A DNA stretch of 64,000 nucleotides. Origin: Octopus sinensis (Eukaryota). Below, one piece after another: positions 12,344-25,790 of the stretch. How positions within the stretch are numbered: the stretch's first letter is position 1; every line of letters starts with the position of its first letter. The notes beneath the pieces were generated by a model. The model made no database searches and was not told the DNA's origin. It was given only the letters and a program-made list of their open reading frames with translations. Location: assembly GCF_006345805.1 (NCBI RefSeq), contig NC_043005.1, positions 57,846,001-57,910,000 on the forward strand. Reading direction: 5' to 3'. The translations under genes were made by a program, and so were the position numbers.

Positions 12344-12378
12344 GTTTCCGACGAAGAGCTCCGCTCGAAACGTTAAAC
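12344..12378 (+). ncRNA. Hammerhead-like motif with CCGANGA core
   Basis: gttt CCGACGA a GAGC-tcc-GCTC GAAA CG TT aaac. Confidence 0.55.
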
Positions 12379-13636
12379 CCTCCTTCTTTCCTTCTTTCCT
12401 GAGCGTCCAATAATACTATATTTGTTCTACATCCTCGCGTTGTTGTGTTTTTTTTGTGCTTTCTTGTTTGGATTAACTATATATATATATATATAGTAGG
12501 TTGTCAAGAAAGTTCTTGCAGTTTTTAACCTTTAAATTCAGATGCACATATCTCGGCTCAAACACACTTTGCCAACACATGCCAGTAGCGTAAAAATCTT
12601 GCGTTCTGGTGGCGATGAAGTCGTTGAAGGCGTGTTTCCGTATACCAAATCAACTCACAAGGCTTTGGTCGACCCGAGGCTATAGTAGAAGACACTTGCC
12701 CTAGGTGCCACGCAGTGGGTCTGAACCCGGAACCGTGTGGTTGGTAAGCAAGCTACTTACCACATAGCCACTCCTGCGTCAAAAATATTTTTGCTCTATT
12801 AAGCAGGGTTAAAAATCTTTATTGTCTAACAATACTTTATGACGTTTAATTTTAAATGGAAATAAATAAAACCGACAGAAAGACAACATGGAAAAGACAG
12901 GTCAATGCTACAGAGAAGAAGAGACACGAAGAACGGATAGTCATTGAAGAGGTCAGATAATGTTTTGCAAAAGAACCCTGACGAATAAACTTATAATCTT
13001 TTCTACTATAGGCGCAAGGCCTGGATTTTTGTGAGGAGGGGAACAATCGATCACATCGACCTCAGTACTTCACTGGTACTTAATTTATCGACCCCGAAAG
13101 GATGAACGGCAAAGTCGACTTCGGTTGAATTTGAAATCATAACATGAAGACACACGAAATATCGCTAAGTATTTTGCACGGCATGCTAACGATTCTACCA
13201 GCTCGATGCTTTAAGTAAACTTATAATAATAATAATAATAATAATAAAGCTAAAGTGAAGATCAAATAGATAGTGTGTGTGTGTGTGTTTATTGGCCAAA
13301 TGACCGTCCCCAAAATACAGATATAAATAAATAAATAAATTGGAGATTTTTTTTTCATCTTCAAATGTGGTACTACTTTTGTACGAGATACTAAAGTTAA
13401 AATTCCTGGGGGGATATAGTAAAGGCTGGAAACAGATATTCAGGGTATACTCGCTAGTATAACAGATATACTCGCTAGACTTGTCAGACATAACAGCCAA
13501 ATATTCTTCAAATCATACTCTAAACAAGGAATGACTTTATAAGAGAATGTAGCACGGCATGAGATTAGATTATTTTTAAACTGAAATGATTTTGATCATA
13601 GGATTACGTGATGAGGATTCACCTGAGGCTAAACGC

Positions 13637-13929
13637 TATTACTACTACTACTACTACTACTATTACTAATGCTGCTGTTGCTACTACTACTACTACTACT
13701 ACTAATGCTGCTGCTATTACTACTACTACTACTAATGCTGCTGCTATTACTACTACTACTACTAATGCTGCTGCTATTACTACTACTACTACTAATGCTG
13801 CTGCTATTACTACTACTACTAATGCTGCTGCTGCTACTACTACTACTAATGCTGCTGCTGCTGCTACTACTACTACTAATGCTGCTGCTGCTGCTACTAC
13901 TACTACTAATGCTGCTGCTGCTACTACTG

Positions 13930-14008
<79 letters not shown>

Positions 14009-14030
14009 TGATAATGATAATAATAATGAT
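13637..14030. repeat. Compound (ACT)n/(GCT)n/(AAT)n repeat with higher-order units
   Basis: Direct reading: repeated aatgctgctgctattactactactact units. Confidence 0.95.
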
Positions 14031-14245
14031 TCTTATGCATGCTTGTGTGTGACAGGATTCAGTAAAGAAATCTAGACAGAATGGCAAGCGATAAAATTTC
14101 GGTACGTCAGCCATGAGCAACCGTTTCTCGAGAAACGGGCAGCATGACACAGTTCATCATCAGACTGGCCGCACTATTTAAAATATATATAATATGATAT
14201 ATTTGCAGAGAGGTTGCAGTCATTTCAGCGAGCCAGGCAGGCTAC

Positions 14246-14291
14246 CCTGAACTGACGATGAGCAATACACTCAGAAACATATGTCTTCAGG
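14246..14291 (+). ncRNA. Type I minimal hammerhead ribozyme, intact canonical core
   Basis: cctgaa CTGACGA TGAG-caataca-CTCA GAAA C-ATAT-G TC ttcagg: 6-bp stem I, 4-bp stem II, palindromic stem III ACATATGT, GUC site at 14283-14285. Confidence 0.85.
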
Positions 14292-14991
14292 TGCCTTGTC
14301 CCGGCTTGCGGGGGTGATTGCCTCCCCTTTGCAAATATAAGGACACAGAAAATGTGTCAAAGCCGACAGGAGACGTCGATGTTTCCTAGGGCTAAATGGC
14401 GGTGGTGTAATTCCCTTACGGGACTGTCACATTGAGTTGACAGTATACGACCACTATATCACTTCACCACCGCTTATGTCTCTCTGAGACATTTAGAAAT
14501 TCGATATTTCTAATTCAAAGTAATTTTCCAAAAGTCACGCAAGCCGAAATTTGCCCATGCCTGCGATTTATGGTTTTGGCCCAGAGCGGGAATAGATTCA
14601 CTCTCTTTCAGTCATTTAAAGCCATTCTGGGAAGACAACTTCTCGTTCTTCTTCCTCCTTCTGTAAATAAAAGGGTGTTTGTATTTTTGCCGGAAAGACA
14701 ACGGTAAATAACATTAAAAAAAAATCAATCTATGAAGTCGATCGAGAGGAAGCAAGGAATAGAAAGAGGAGAAGAAAAAACAAAAAGTGATAGAGAGATA
14801 GAGAAGCAGAGAAAGAGCGGGGAGGAGTAAGAATGAAAGAAAGGGATGCGAGAGAGAGAGGGGGGAACAGAGCAACAGAGACCGTATGAATGAGAGAAGG
14901 AGAAAAGATAGTGAAAGGGACACAGAGAGAGGAAGTGTTGGGAAGAGAAATATTGGGAAGAAGGCAAGTAAGAGAGAGAGAGATGATAGAA

Positions 14992-15072
<81 letters not shown>

Positions 15073-15629
15073 TTAGAGAGACAGAGAGGATGGACACAGA
15101 GAAAATGAGAGAAAAAGAAAGAGAAAGGGACAGATTTAATCTGATTCGTTATTTGATTTCCTTTCCTTGCGGCTGCGATTTAATATCCCATTAAGGGCAA
15201 GGGTGACATACGTTCTCTCACGCTCGACTTTGTGCTAACGGGTACAAGAAAATTCCACAAAAGATACAGTGGCTGCTTAAATTCAATTGAAATCCCTCCT
15301 GTGTTTATACCGACATATCTGTGTGGTTAGAACGTCCGTGATATAACCAACTGACACGGGTTCAGTCCCATTGCATTTCATCTTGTACAAATGTCTTGTA
15401 ATATAGATTCGGATCAGGAGTCACCTTATCCAAAGTGTTGTGTATTAGGACTGAAATTTAGTAGCTGAAAACCGTCACTGTGGACTATTTTACCGACAAG
15501 GCAGCGCACATCAAGCTGAATAGCCAGAAATTAGCGTCCTGTCTACAGGAAATAGCTCAGTCCATCTAGCTGTCAATAAGTTACAAGTTCAATTACTATT
15601 GTAGTCAAAAAACAATAATGAATCCCAGA

Positions 15630-15962
15630 AGAAAACGAAGCTCTCCAGGTCGAGCTACTGCTTCTCCGCATTGAGCGGTCACAGCTCCGGTACTACGGAC
15701 ATGGGATTAGAACATCGCAGAAAAGGATCGCAAGACAAATTCTTCAATCCGTGCCAACCAGCAGGAGTCCTAGGGATAGACAAAGAACGAGACGGTTGGA
15801 TAATAATCCATAGTCCCAGTTGTTCAGCTTGGAAATCTTCCCGGGCATTTTTTTAATAACGGTTGCTTCTGATTGAACCCTATGGAGCAAGAGACTGAGG
15901 ATTCTACCTCTACGACCCCTGTCCAGGGATAGTGGGCGCAGAAGATGGAAAATGGATGAATG
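15630..15962 (+). mobile_element. RTE-clade (Expander/Rex3-like) LINE 3' end
   Basis: EALQVELLLLRIERSQLRYYGHGIRTSQKRIARQIL...PRDRQRTRRLDN; tail gaaaatggatgaatgga. Confidence 0.7.
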
Positions 15963-16178
15963 GAAGAAAGCAAGAGCAAACTACCATTATAAAAGTACGA
16001 GGAAAGCTTTCTAAGAACATGTTGCATCGGGCCATCCGAAAATAGATTCCCTTTAATGGTTACAAAAAATTAACTTGAAATATTTTTAGTCGTGCGGGCC
16101 ACCTAAAGATGAGCCATGTTTCATGCGGCTCGCTTCTCATAAAACGTTGCCTATACCTGGTCTACTTCATTTACTTAA

Positions 16179-16376
16179 CCATTTAGCATTTACATGCCAG
16201 ATCTGATTTAACATCTAACATGCCAGATCTAATCTCACACCTATCCTATAATGTCATTCTAAGAATAAACAATCACATCATTGAAATCTCAAAGCTACAA
16301 GATAATGCATGCTTACTTCAAAACAACGTGAATAAATAAGCATTACATTTGACTGAGTAATATGAATGCTAAAGAG
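16179..16376. mobile_element. piggyBac-type MITE
   Basis: TTAA flanks; termini ccatttagcatt / aatgctaaagag. Confidence 0.65.
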
Positions 16377-17886
16377 TTAAGTCGTTAGTAATACCGGGTG
16401 GAGTAAATGCTGTGTTCGTGGCTAGATACTGATGAAATCCCATTACAAGAATTGAAGCAAACCTTGCTGATTCCACAATTTTCTGTCCACGAAATTAAAC
16501 AGACAGGGTATTTATATATGCCTATATATACGTACAACGTTAGCTCGTAAAATATCTATACATAATAAACCTTGAAACAAATAATCTCAACACACAAGCA
16601 ATTTATGATCACATATAAACAATATTTAGTTGCAATCGCGAAGTACTGGGACGGAGTTTCAAACTCGAAACTTTTTCGCAGAAATAGAAGCTAATATATC
16701 TTTGCTTACCGAATAAACATGCTTCAATGTAAACACTCAGATATAATATTCATCCTCACTTAAACGTGGATTTTCTCTTAGAACAAACTATACTGTTGGC
16801 TTTTGGTGCAAAATGCATTCTAGTTTAGACCGCTAGCGAGGAGATAAATCTCCCGTCACCTTCAACGCTGAGACCATCAGTTCACATGATTTCGACATTC
16901 TTTGGTCTTGTCAGATCACATGGTTGTGACCATCAGATCACATGATTTCGACTTTCTTTGGTCTTATCAAAGATGGACACTCGACCGCTAAAGATAGCAG
17001 CAATTCATCTCCTCGCCAGCAATATATAGAATGACAGTGACAGAATAGGCGCTGGTATCGCGATCAGCTAGTGAGCTTGTTAAAATGTAAGCTTATTATT
17101 AATACTGCCTCTGCTGCTAACAAATATTTTGTAAATTCTCGGTTTTCTACCGCCACCCAGTATTCAAGTCGTACGTAATTCGATCATGTGTCTAAGCGAT
17201 TGAAGTCAATCTGTTTTCTCTATAAATTTCATTGTAATGTTTAAAATTGTGGTGTAAAGTAATGAAGTGACGGACATTCCGAGCTCAAATCTTGACTATG
17301 CTGAATTTCCTCTTTATATTTCCTTCCAAAAAATGTGATATATATCTATTTAACTGACTGTACTGCGATACAACTACTTTACTCACGCACACGGATATCC
17401 GGCAGTTTTAAAATCTGAAACAAAAAAAATTTCAGTATGGAAAATAGAGGGAAATAATCCCTTTGAATATGCGACAATATGCATAATTCAAAAGAGTTAG
17501 GAAAAAATCCTGGTAGTGATCAGGGATTTGAGTTACGTTTAGGATAATAAAATCCAATAACTTTTGTTTTAAAAATTACTGTTTTAAAATTTTCTGCTTC
17601 AAATATGGGCTTAACTGCTCTTTCATAACGTTGAATTTCCTTAACACCGGACAATACGCTGTATTTTTCTGGACGCTTTTTAAAAAGAATTCTAGCCGGG
17701 AAAAACTTGTCTCTTTTTAATAATTGTAGTTTAGTGTTTTCTATCCCTATCCCGAAACTTTGTTTCTTTGTGATTTCTTCTAAAATTGCATATTTTTGCA
17801 TGCAAAAGGAATCAACTAGCTTATTTTCCATTTCGGCGCTTAAACTCTGGGACACACACACACACACACACATGTATATACGTATG

Positions 17887-17920
<34 letters not shown>

Positions 17921-17942
17921 TGTATGTATGTATGTACGTATG

Positions 17943-17976
<34 letters not shown>

Positions 17977-18869
17977 TGTCATTGTTCAATTTTATTTCAA
18001 GATTTCTTGCTGATAGAGAAAGAGCCGGTTTCTAGCCTAGATCCAAGGCTCGTTCATTGGAATTTCAACATCATTGTATGTAGGTATGCGTGCAGATTCG
18101 TATGTTTTGTTTTATGTATGTATTCTCGTGCATATAGTTGCAAATCTAGACATGCTCATATATATTTAAATGATAAACTTCTGGAAAATTCTACAGATTT
18201 TTACAGTTCCAGTGATGGATTGGATCTGTAATCTTCGAATTAGCTTTCTCCTTTCTAGTTTTGAGAAGCCTAATTTCTCAAGATTTGTATTTGGGCAGTG
18301 TGTTACATATCCCAGGGACCCAATAATTACAAGTATAATGTATGTATGTATGTATGTATGTATGTATGTATGTATGTATGTATGTATGTATGTATGTACG
18401 TATGTATGTGCGTGTGTTTGTATGTATGCGCATGTATGTAAGTGTATGTGTGGAAAGCAAAGTATGTATTGCTTGCTCTATAAAATTTTATGTTAAATGA
18501 ACTAATAAAGAAGATTATTCATATTCTTATTTTCACCTTAGCATGTAGTTTTTTTCTCGCAGTAAACCCGAGGGCTATGAAAAGAGGATTCAGATGATAC
18601 GGCGGCCCGGGGCATGAAACACAGAGAAGGGTCCCACGAATATTTGATAGGCTCCTTCCCCACCAAAAAAGACACAGCCACTTGGAATTTAGGGAGCCCA
18701 AAACCAAATTTGAATGGGACAAGAGTGGAAATCTGCTCTGATTTGCAAGAAGTATATGATTCCAACGAAGACGTGAAGACGTATTTTCCCCACATCTGAT
18801 GACAGAGTATGAAATGCGACCATATCTTTGTAATCCAGAATCAAAGCTGCAGTTCATGGAATGGTGTTA

Positions 18870-19440
18870 CACCTCTCCTCCAGCGTATAAGAAGTGGCTT
18901 TTTGGAGGGGATGACAACAGCGTTATTTTCATTGATTTTCTGGAAGGTGTCTCCACAATGAACCTCGTTCACTGAGTCTCTGTAAGTTTAAAGAATCTAT
19001 AAGGCGGAAGACACCGAACAGAAACCTGAAAACATGTCAATACACGACCAAACACATCTTTAGCAACAAATCCGACACTCAGCAAACCAGTCTTGATCAA
19101 TGGTTCTCCAGCCACCATGCAGCTCGGATCTGGCGCCCTCCAGCTTCCACGTGTTCGGTCCAATAAAGAACACGCTTCAGAGACAAGGATTTGATGATAC
19201 AGACCAGGTGAAAGGGGTTGTAAAGTGGAGTGCAACAGTGCACACCTCATGTTTTTTTCTCTTTTTCACAGAGGATGCAAGAATGGGGATCAACAATGGC
19301 GCAAAGGCATCGCTTATAACGGAAACTATGTTGAGTAATAGCTTTCGTATAGAGAAGTTACTCTACCAACAAGTACAATTTGAACTATATCAGTTAATAA
19401 AAAAGATGTTATGTCTACTTTTGCAACTTTCGGTAGAACA
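18870..19440 (+). mobile_element. Degenerate mariner transposase 3' half
   Basis: QPPCSSDLAPSSFHVFGPIKNTL...DQVKGVVKW (YSPDLAP-like) and an NGNYVE* C-terminus. Confidence 0.65.
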
Positions 19441-19512
19441 CACAGACACACACACAGACGCTTTATATGAATAAGAAGATCGCACTCTCCGTTATAGCAG
19501 CTTGGAGAACAG

Positions 19513-19557
<45 letters not shown>

Positions 19558-19889
19558 ACATCTCATTACAAGTTATATAGAATCAGAAGACAGGTTTCCG
19601 GTTTCTGTAGTATATACATCTCCCCACACTTGGACGGGACGCCGGCCCGTCGCAGGATTATTCATCCGTGCCAACTGAGTGAATTGGAGCAACATGAAAT
19701 GAAGTGTATTGCTCAAAAACACAATGCATTGCCCGGTCCAGGACTCTTATAATCATGTGTCCAACAGCTTAACCATTAATTCATGCTCTTCAAATAATCT
19801 CCTAATATAATAATGAGCGAAGTGTTTCTATATATTTCTATATATATATATATTTGTCCAAAATCACGCAGGAGGGAGTAGGAGAAAAA

Positions 19890-20190
19890 CTAGTATAATT
19901 GAAAGCGAGGGAAGAGAATGTAGTAATTCAGTGAAGAAGTAGTGAGAGTAATAGCCATGACTGAGAAGGATTGAGAGAAAGTAGTAGCAATGAGAGAGAA
20001 GAAGTGGCAAAGAGCTTGTCGCGTATCTTCTACTATAATAATACTCTTGTGTTCTTGTTCGTCACAACATATGAATGAGAAAGGAAGGGGTGATAGATGA
20101 ATAACGAAGGAAGGAAAGAAATCAGCGTTTAACTCTCTGTGAGTATATGTGCATGTATGTAAAAGGGAGGTATGTGAATGTTTGTTTGTT

Positions 20191-20223
<33 letters not shown>

Positions 20224-20640
20224 AAGGGAAGTATGTGAATGTATGTGAACATTGACAAGCGTATTAATTTGATTTACCATCCATATCTTCTACTATAATA
20301 ATACTCTTGTGTATTTCTCCGTCACAACATATGAATGAGAAAGAAAGAGGTGATGGATGAATAAGTAAAGAAGGGGTGATGGCAAACTTGGTAGTGGGAT
20401 GATGGAAGTTCTACTGTGAAAAAATATCGAACGGCATTTCAACTCTGCGTGAGTATAAGTGTGTGCATGTAAAAGGTAGTCATGTGAATGTTTATGTGTG
20501 TGTGTATGTGTGCAATGGAAGTGGGATGCTGAATACTCAACGCTAAGAAGAAAAATCAAACAGCGTTTCAACTCTGTGTGAGTATATGTGTAAATGTGTG
20601 TGCGTGTACAAGGGAAGTATGTGAATGTTTGTATCTATGA
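19890..20640. repeat. Degenerate tandem duplication, ~260-bp unit
   Basis: tatcttctactataataatactcttgtgt...cgtcacaacatatgaatgagaa at ~20024 and ~20284; third partial unit near 20540. Confidence 0.8.
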
Positions 20641-20976
20641 TATTATGTACCCTATTTTGTACCTTATCTTAATAATACTAAAACGTTAGAGATGTTTCTG
20701 TGTACCCGAAATATCTCAGAAATAGTATATTTTACCTTAATTGTTTTTGCATATTTATTTTAATGCCTACCTTCGGCAATGCAGTACACATTTTTGTGAT
20801 AGTTCAACCTCTATTTATTAACGAAAACGATTAAACATATTTTTGTTTGTTATTTCTTGACGAAAAAAAACATGGCATCCGTGACGACAACACGCATATA
20901 CATACAGACTACACACACATGCAATGAATGTTATGGCGTGCCAATCAACACAAAAACACACACATATATATATATA

Positions 20977-22248
20977 TTCGGTTGGCAAGAAAGTAATTTC
21001 GTTTTTCGTAAATAGATAGTTACGATTTTTTAATGATTTTTGTCAATGTTATGAATTTTCCTTTTGTCATTTGATAGCCGTTACTTTTAGTTTACTTTAG
21101 AAGCAAAGTGCGCGTAATTTTGTTTACAGCTGTTATTTCAGTGTCAATTTTAACATGGAGTGCAAAAACGAACATTTTCGCCATGTTCTATTTTTTTTAT
21201 TTCCGTAAAGCAAGAAAGCTGCTGAGATTCACAAAGAGATATGCAAAGTTTATGGGGTTGATTCCTTAACAGAACGCACATGTCAGAAATGGTTTTAAAA
21301 ATTAATTCTGTTCTGGAGATTTTTCACTCACTGGTGGCCATCGTTCTGGTCGACCTACTGACGTTGATGATAACCGAATCAAAGCCATAATTGAATCTGA
21401 TTGTCATATAACTGTGTGAGAGATTGCAGAGTGGTTAAATACATCACACACAACAATTGAAAATCACTTAAAATGTCTTGAACTCGTTAAAAAGCTCGAT
21501 ATTTGGGTTCCACATAAATTGAAAGAGATTCATCCACTTAATACAATGAATCAATTTTTTCGATATGCATCACAAATGCAATGAAATCGACCTTTTTGGA
21601 AATTAATCATCACTGGTGATGAAACATAGATTGTCTACAATAACGTCAATCGGAAACGAACATGGTCCAAGCGTAATGAACCAGAATAAACCACATCGAA
21701 AGCTGAATTGCATAAAAAAAAGGTCATGCTGTCAATTTGGGTGGGATTACTAAGGTGTTGTGTATTTGGAACTGCTTCCAAGGAACAGAACGATCAATTC
21801 AGATGTTTACTGTCAAGAACTAATGAAACTGGAGGAAGCAATAAAGGAAAACAGCCAGAATTGTGAATCGTGTTCAACCATGACAACACTAGACCACACA
21901 CGTCTTTGCTAACTCGTGAAAAATTATTGGAGCTTGGTTGGGAAGTGATGTCACATCCACCATATAGCCCTGACCTTGCATCATCAGATTAGCCTTTACT
22001 TCGAAGTTTGTAAAATTCTTTGAATGATAAAACTTTCAATAATAATGATAACCTGAAATCGCACTAGCTTCAGTTTTTTGGCTAAGAACCAGAAGTTCTA
22101 TGAGCGCAGAATCATGAAGTTGCCAGAAAGGTGGTAAAAGTCAACAAAATGCAAAATATATAATTGATTAAAGTTCATTCGTTGTATGAAAAAAAAAAAA
22201 AACTTTTATTGCACACTGAAAACCGAAATTACTTTCTTGCCAAGCAAA
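20977..22248 (+). mobile_element. Full-length inactivated mariner transposon
   Basis: ~30-bp TIRs (ttcggttggcaagaaagtaatttcg / cgaaattactttcttgccaa), TA flanks; transposase MECKNEHFRH...TGDE...HDN.RPH...HPPYSPDLASSD with stops and frameshifts. Confidence 0.93.
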
Positions 22249-22359
22249 TATATGCCGGATTACCCGTCGAAGACGACACATGAGTGTCAGCGAGAAGTAA
22301 AAAAAAAAGTCCAACCAAATCTACAATACATCTGATTGTTACTGTTATTCCCAGGTGTT

Positions 22360-25300
22360 TGTAATTCATTCACTTCATTTGATGGCTCCTCATGTGAGTC
22401 CGCATGTCACCAAAAGCAATATTGATATGAGCATGACTCGTTATCTAGCTAAGAAATCACAATGTGGACAATGGTGGTTTGCGGGAAGAAAGAATTCTGT
22501 TGGTTTCATTTCTTATTTTACCATAAATGTGCTTGAGGAAGTATTCTCTGAGGTTTCATAATGTTGAGGCTGGAATAAGCTCCCCTCCAGTCTGTACAGT
22601 TTCTCGCCAGATTCTCAAAGGTTTCTTTGCTAATACTCAGGTGTTTCAAATTATCTCCTAATTTGTCCTTTTACCGTATAAGTGGCCAACATACAGTGCA
22701 TCGTGAAATTACAAACTGGCCGTAAAAGATTTGTTTTGGTTTTCGACCACTATTCATGTCCACATCATCGCATTTGAGACTTAATCAAGAAAGCCTCTGT
22801 ACCAAATATTCCACACATTTCTAGGATACTGCTATTCTTCACTCCCATCCCATTCAGCCTTGCATATTTGTCTAAAACATCTCATATGAAGATTTTTTAG
22901 CTGACTGATATGCTTACGATAAGATGTTCAGGTCTCTGCTCCGTAAAAGAGTTGTTAGAACAACTAACTTGTACATGTCAGTTTTTCACCTTACTAAGAC
23001 ATCATGAACATTTCAAAAGCGATTATAAAGCTTCACAAAAGCTGAACTAATACGGGATTGGACCTTCCTATCGAGTTTAGTATCGCTTGTTACTGTAGAA
23101 CCCAAATATGTGAATGCATCAACGGTTTTCTTTTGTCTTCAACAAACACGCTGAGTACCAGGATGTGGCTGATACAACAGTTCAATATTTTTTATACTAA
23201 AAGTTAAGCCAAAAGATCTGGCTGCTACTGCAAACAAATTTATGGATGATGTGCCGGATATCTTCAAGTGTACGAACAACTAGGGCACAATCATCTGCAA
23301 ACAATCTCTTACTGTCTGAGATGCAACGTTAGTCTTTGCTTCCAAACGCTGTTGGTTGAAGATGCCTGCAGTTGTCCTACAAGCAAGAAACACCAGAAAA
23401 TCACTATCCAATATTACGGCAAAAAAATAGTGAAGATAATATTGGTGTCAAAACACAACTTTGTTTTATACCATTTTAACATCTAGAAAGTCTGAGATTT
23501 ACTACCATTTGAGAGAACGGATGCTTTCATATCTTTATGTAGGGACACTACGACATTTAGCATTTGCTCGGGAATCCCGAGCTTTGTTAAAGCTTTCTAC
23601 AAAGCCTTACGACATACAGTGTCAAAGGTTTTTGTAAAGTCAACAAATAATACATAGAGGTCTTTATTGTGCTCCCCTGAGCTTGTCGCTAACTAAACCC
23701 ACAATGACTCTCTGGAAAGACAAAAATCAACTAATACTGTTTAAGGTGACTCGAGAGGATTTTACCTGCAACAGAGAGCAGCGATATGTCACGATGATTG
23801 TCACATTTACAGTTATTACCGTTATACTTATATAAATGTGCAATCGGTGCATCTTTAAATTGTTGAGGGACACTTCTTATTTGCCACATTTGGGCTATAT
23901 GCTCTGTCAGTTTATCAAAATTATTACCAGGAAAAACCATCCACTCCTGAATCTTTACCGTTTGTCAATTATTTTATAATCACTTTCACTTCATCCAAAT
24001 GGACCCAATGCAAAAGAGTCAATTACCAGTCTTCGCGGGGATATTATTGATTGAGTTCATGTCGGCATTTGTATCTCTATTGAGTTCATCTTTAAAATTT
24101 TCCACTCAGTGTTTCAATATGTTATTAGGATCTGTGAGAAGAATCCCTTCTGTAGAAAGAACTGTAAAGCACCATTCTTTACTTGGACAAAATACCCTCT
24201 TTAAATTTTGATAAAGACCATTCACGTCGTGTTTGCCAACTGATTCTTGCAAAGCTTTAAGCCTTTTGTTCCCACCAGTGTTGCTCCATTTTTCGGAGTT
24301 TAGTTTAAACAGAGTTTTTGGCAGGTTTGTAAAGCTTTTTCTTTCTAGTCTTATCTGCAATCCATTCTTTGAGAAGTCTGTACATTACTTGAAGCTGTTC
24401 ATTTATAAGCACGTCATTTTCATCAAACCAATCTTGGTTTTTACAGCATCAAAACCCAAGAACTTCTCTGGATGACTCACAAATGATATCGCTAAATCGA
24501 TCCTATGATTGTTCTATATTCTATGACTTTTCATCAAATGTTTGAGCGAGAATATCTTTGTTATCTACTTTGACATCTGAAATATCAAATCTCCTTATGA
24601 ACTTTTTACGATGTTGCTTTATAGCCGGCTCTTGTCTTTTTTTTTTATCGTACTACAAACCACAGCATGGTCAGACCAGCATTCTGCCTTATAGAAAGAA
24701 CGTGTTAATTTAACATCACTTTATCTCGAATTCGAACTATCCCGTAGTCAATCAAATGACCATGATTTGATCTAGGATATTTTGTTTGTATTGGACTACC
24801 GAAAAAATGTATTGGTGATAGAAAGTCTAAAATCACTGTACATGGATAGTAGTAGGAGTCTATTTGATTTCATTTTGCGAAGACCATGCTTACCAAGAAT
24901 ATTTGGAATTCGCAATAACATAAGACGATCATTAATTTCACTTGGTACAGATTCTAGTTTATGTATTGGGTTGTTTGGAAAGTTCGTGCCGATTTATAGT
25001 AGCTTACCTTTCGACTTATTTTAGAACATGGTTAAGTTAAAAAAATAGGATTTGACTACACCTCCATTTAGAGCACAGTTTAAGCTATCTTTTTGTGGAA
25101 GAAGGTTTATGTTCCTATAACCTGTGTTAATTCTGTAACCCTTTAAAATGGAAGATAAGAAAGTTCATTTTCGGCACTTGATGCTTTGGGAACCAGACAA
25201 AAATTGCTGCAACTTGGCTGGGATGTGTTACCCCACTCTCCATATTCACCAGATATTGCTCCTTCAGATTTCCACTTATTCAGGTCTCTGCAGAATAGTC

Positions 25301-25790
25301 TTAATGGTAAAAATTTCAATTCCTTGGATGACGTAAAAAGATACCTTGATGAATTCTTTGCCATGAAACCACCTCAACTCTGGGAAGAAGGTATTTTCAA
25401 GTTAAAGGAAAGATGGAGACGTATTGTGCAACAAAATGGTTCATATTTGGTTGATTAAAAATGTAATATCAAGTATTTATTGACCTTTTTCTTTCCTTTA
25501 AAAATCGGCACGAACTTTCCGGACAACCCAATATAATATCATTACTAATTGCAAAACCAACACCAGATTCTCTTTTTTCTGCTTCAGATGTACCAATCCA
25601 GAAGAAAGTGTACCCTCTAACGACTTCATTCAGCTGACCGGCATCTGGTAGACTTGTCTCCGAAAGAGCAGCAATACTAACAATTTGACTTCTCAGAAAC
25701 CGAGCTATAAGTGTTGTTTTGAGCCCAGGATGCTTTCCGTGGTCCTGAAGTGTGCCATGTTCCAAGCTGCTTTACACACATATCTATTTC
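22360..25790 (-). mobile_element. Degenerate RTE (BovB-like) LINE interrupted by a mariner derivative
   Basis: Endonuclease IAALSETSLPDAGQL...GYTFFW...ESGVGFAI (25550-25760); RT-region DNHRDISLLSVAGKIL (23731-23940); C-terminal SHMRSHQMK* near 22375. Confidence 0.8.
24966..25531 (+). mobile_element. Internally deleted mariner (566 bp)
   Basis: TIRs ttgggttgtttggaaagttcgtgccgattt / aaatcggcacgaactttccggacaacccaa, TA TSD; MEDKKVHFRHLML fused to QKLLQLGWDVLPHSPYSPDIAPSDFHLF...NGSYLVD*. Confidence 0.93.

Noticed and set aside
12865-12945. Signal-peptide-like MTIRSSCLFFSVALTCLFHVVFLS on the minus strand
   Set aside because: No usable phase-1 donor: the two phase-1 GT positions would create TGA on joining the 7935 exon
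14100-14170. CTGATGA plus the 18-bp palindrome ccgtttctcgagaaacgg on the minus strand
   Set aside because: Stem II is not followed by GAAA and stems I/III are too weak to call a hammerhead
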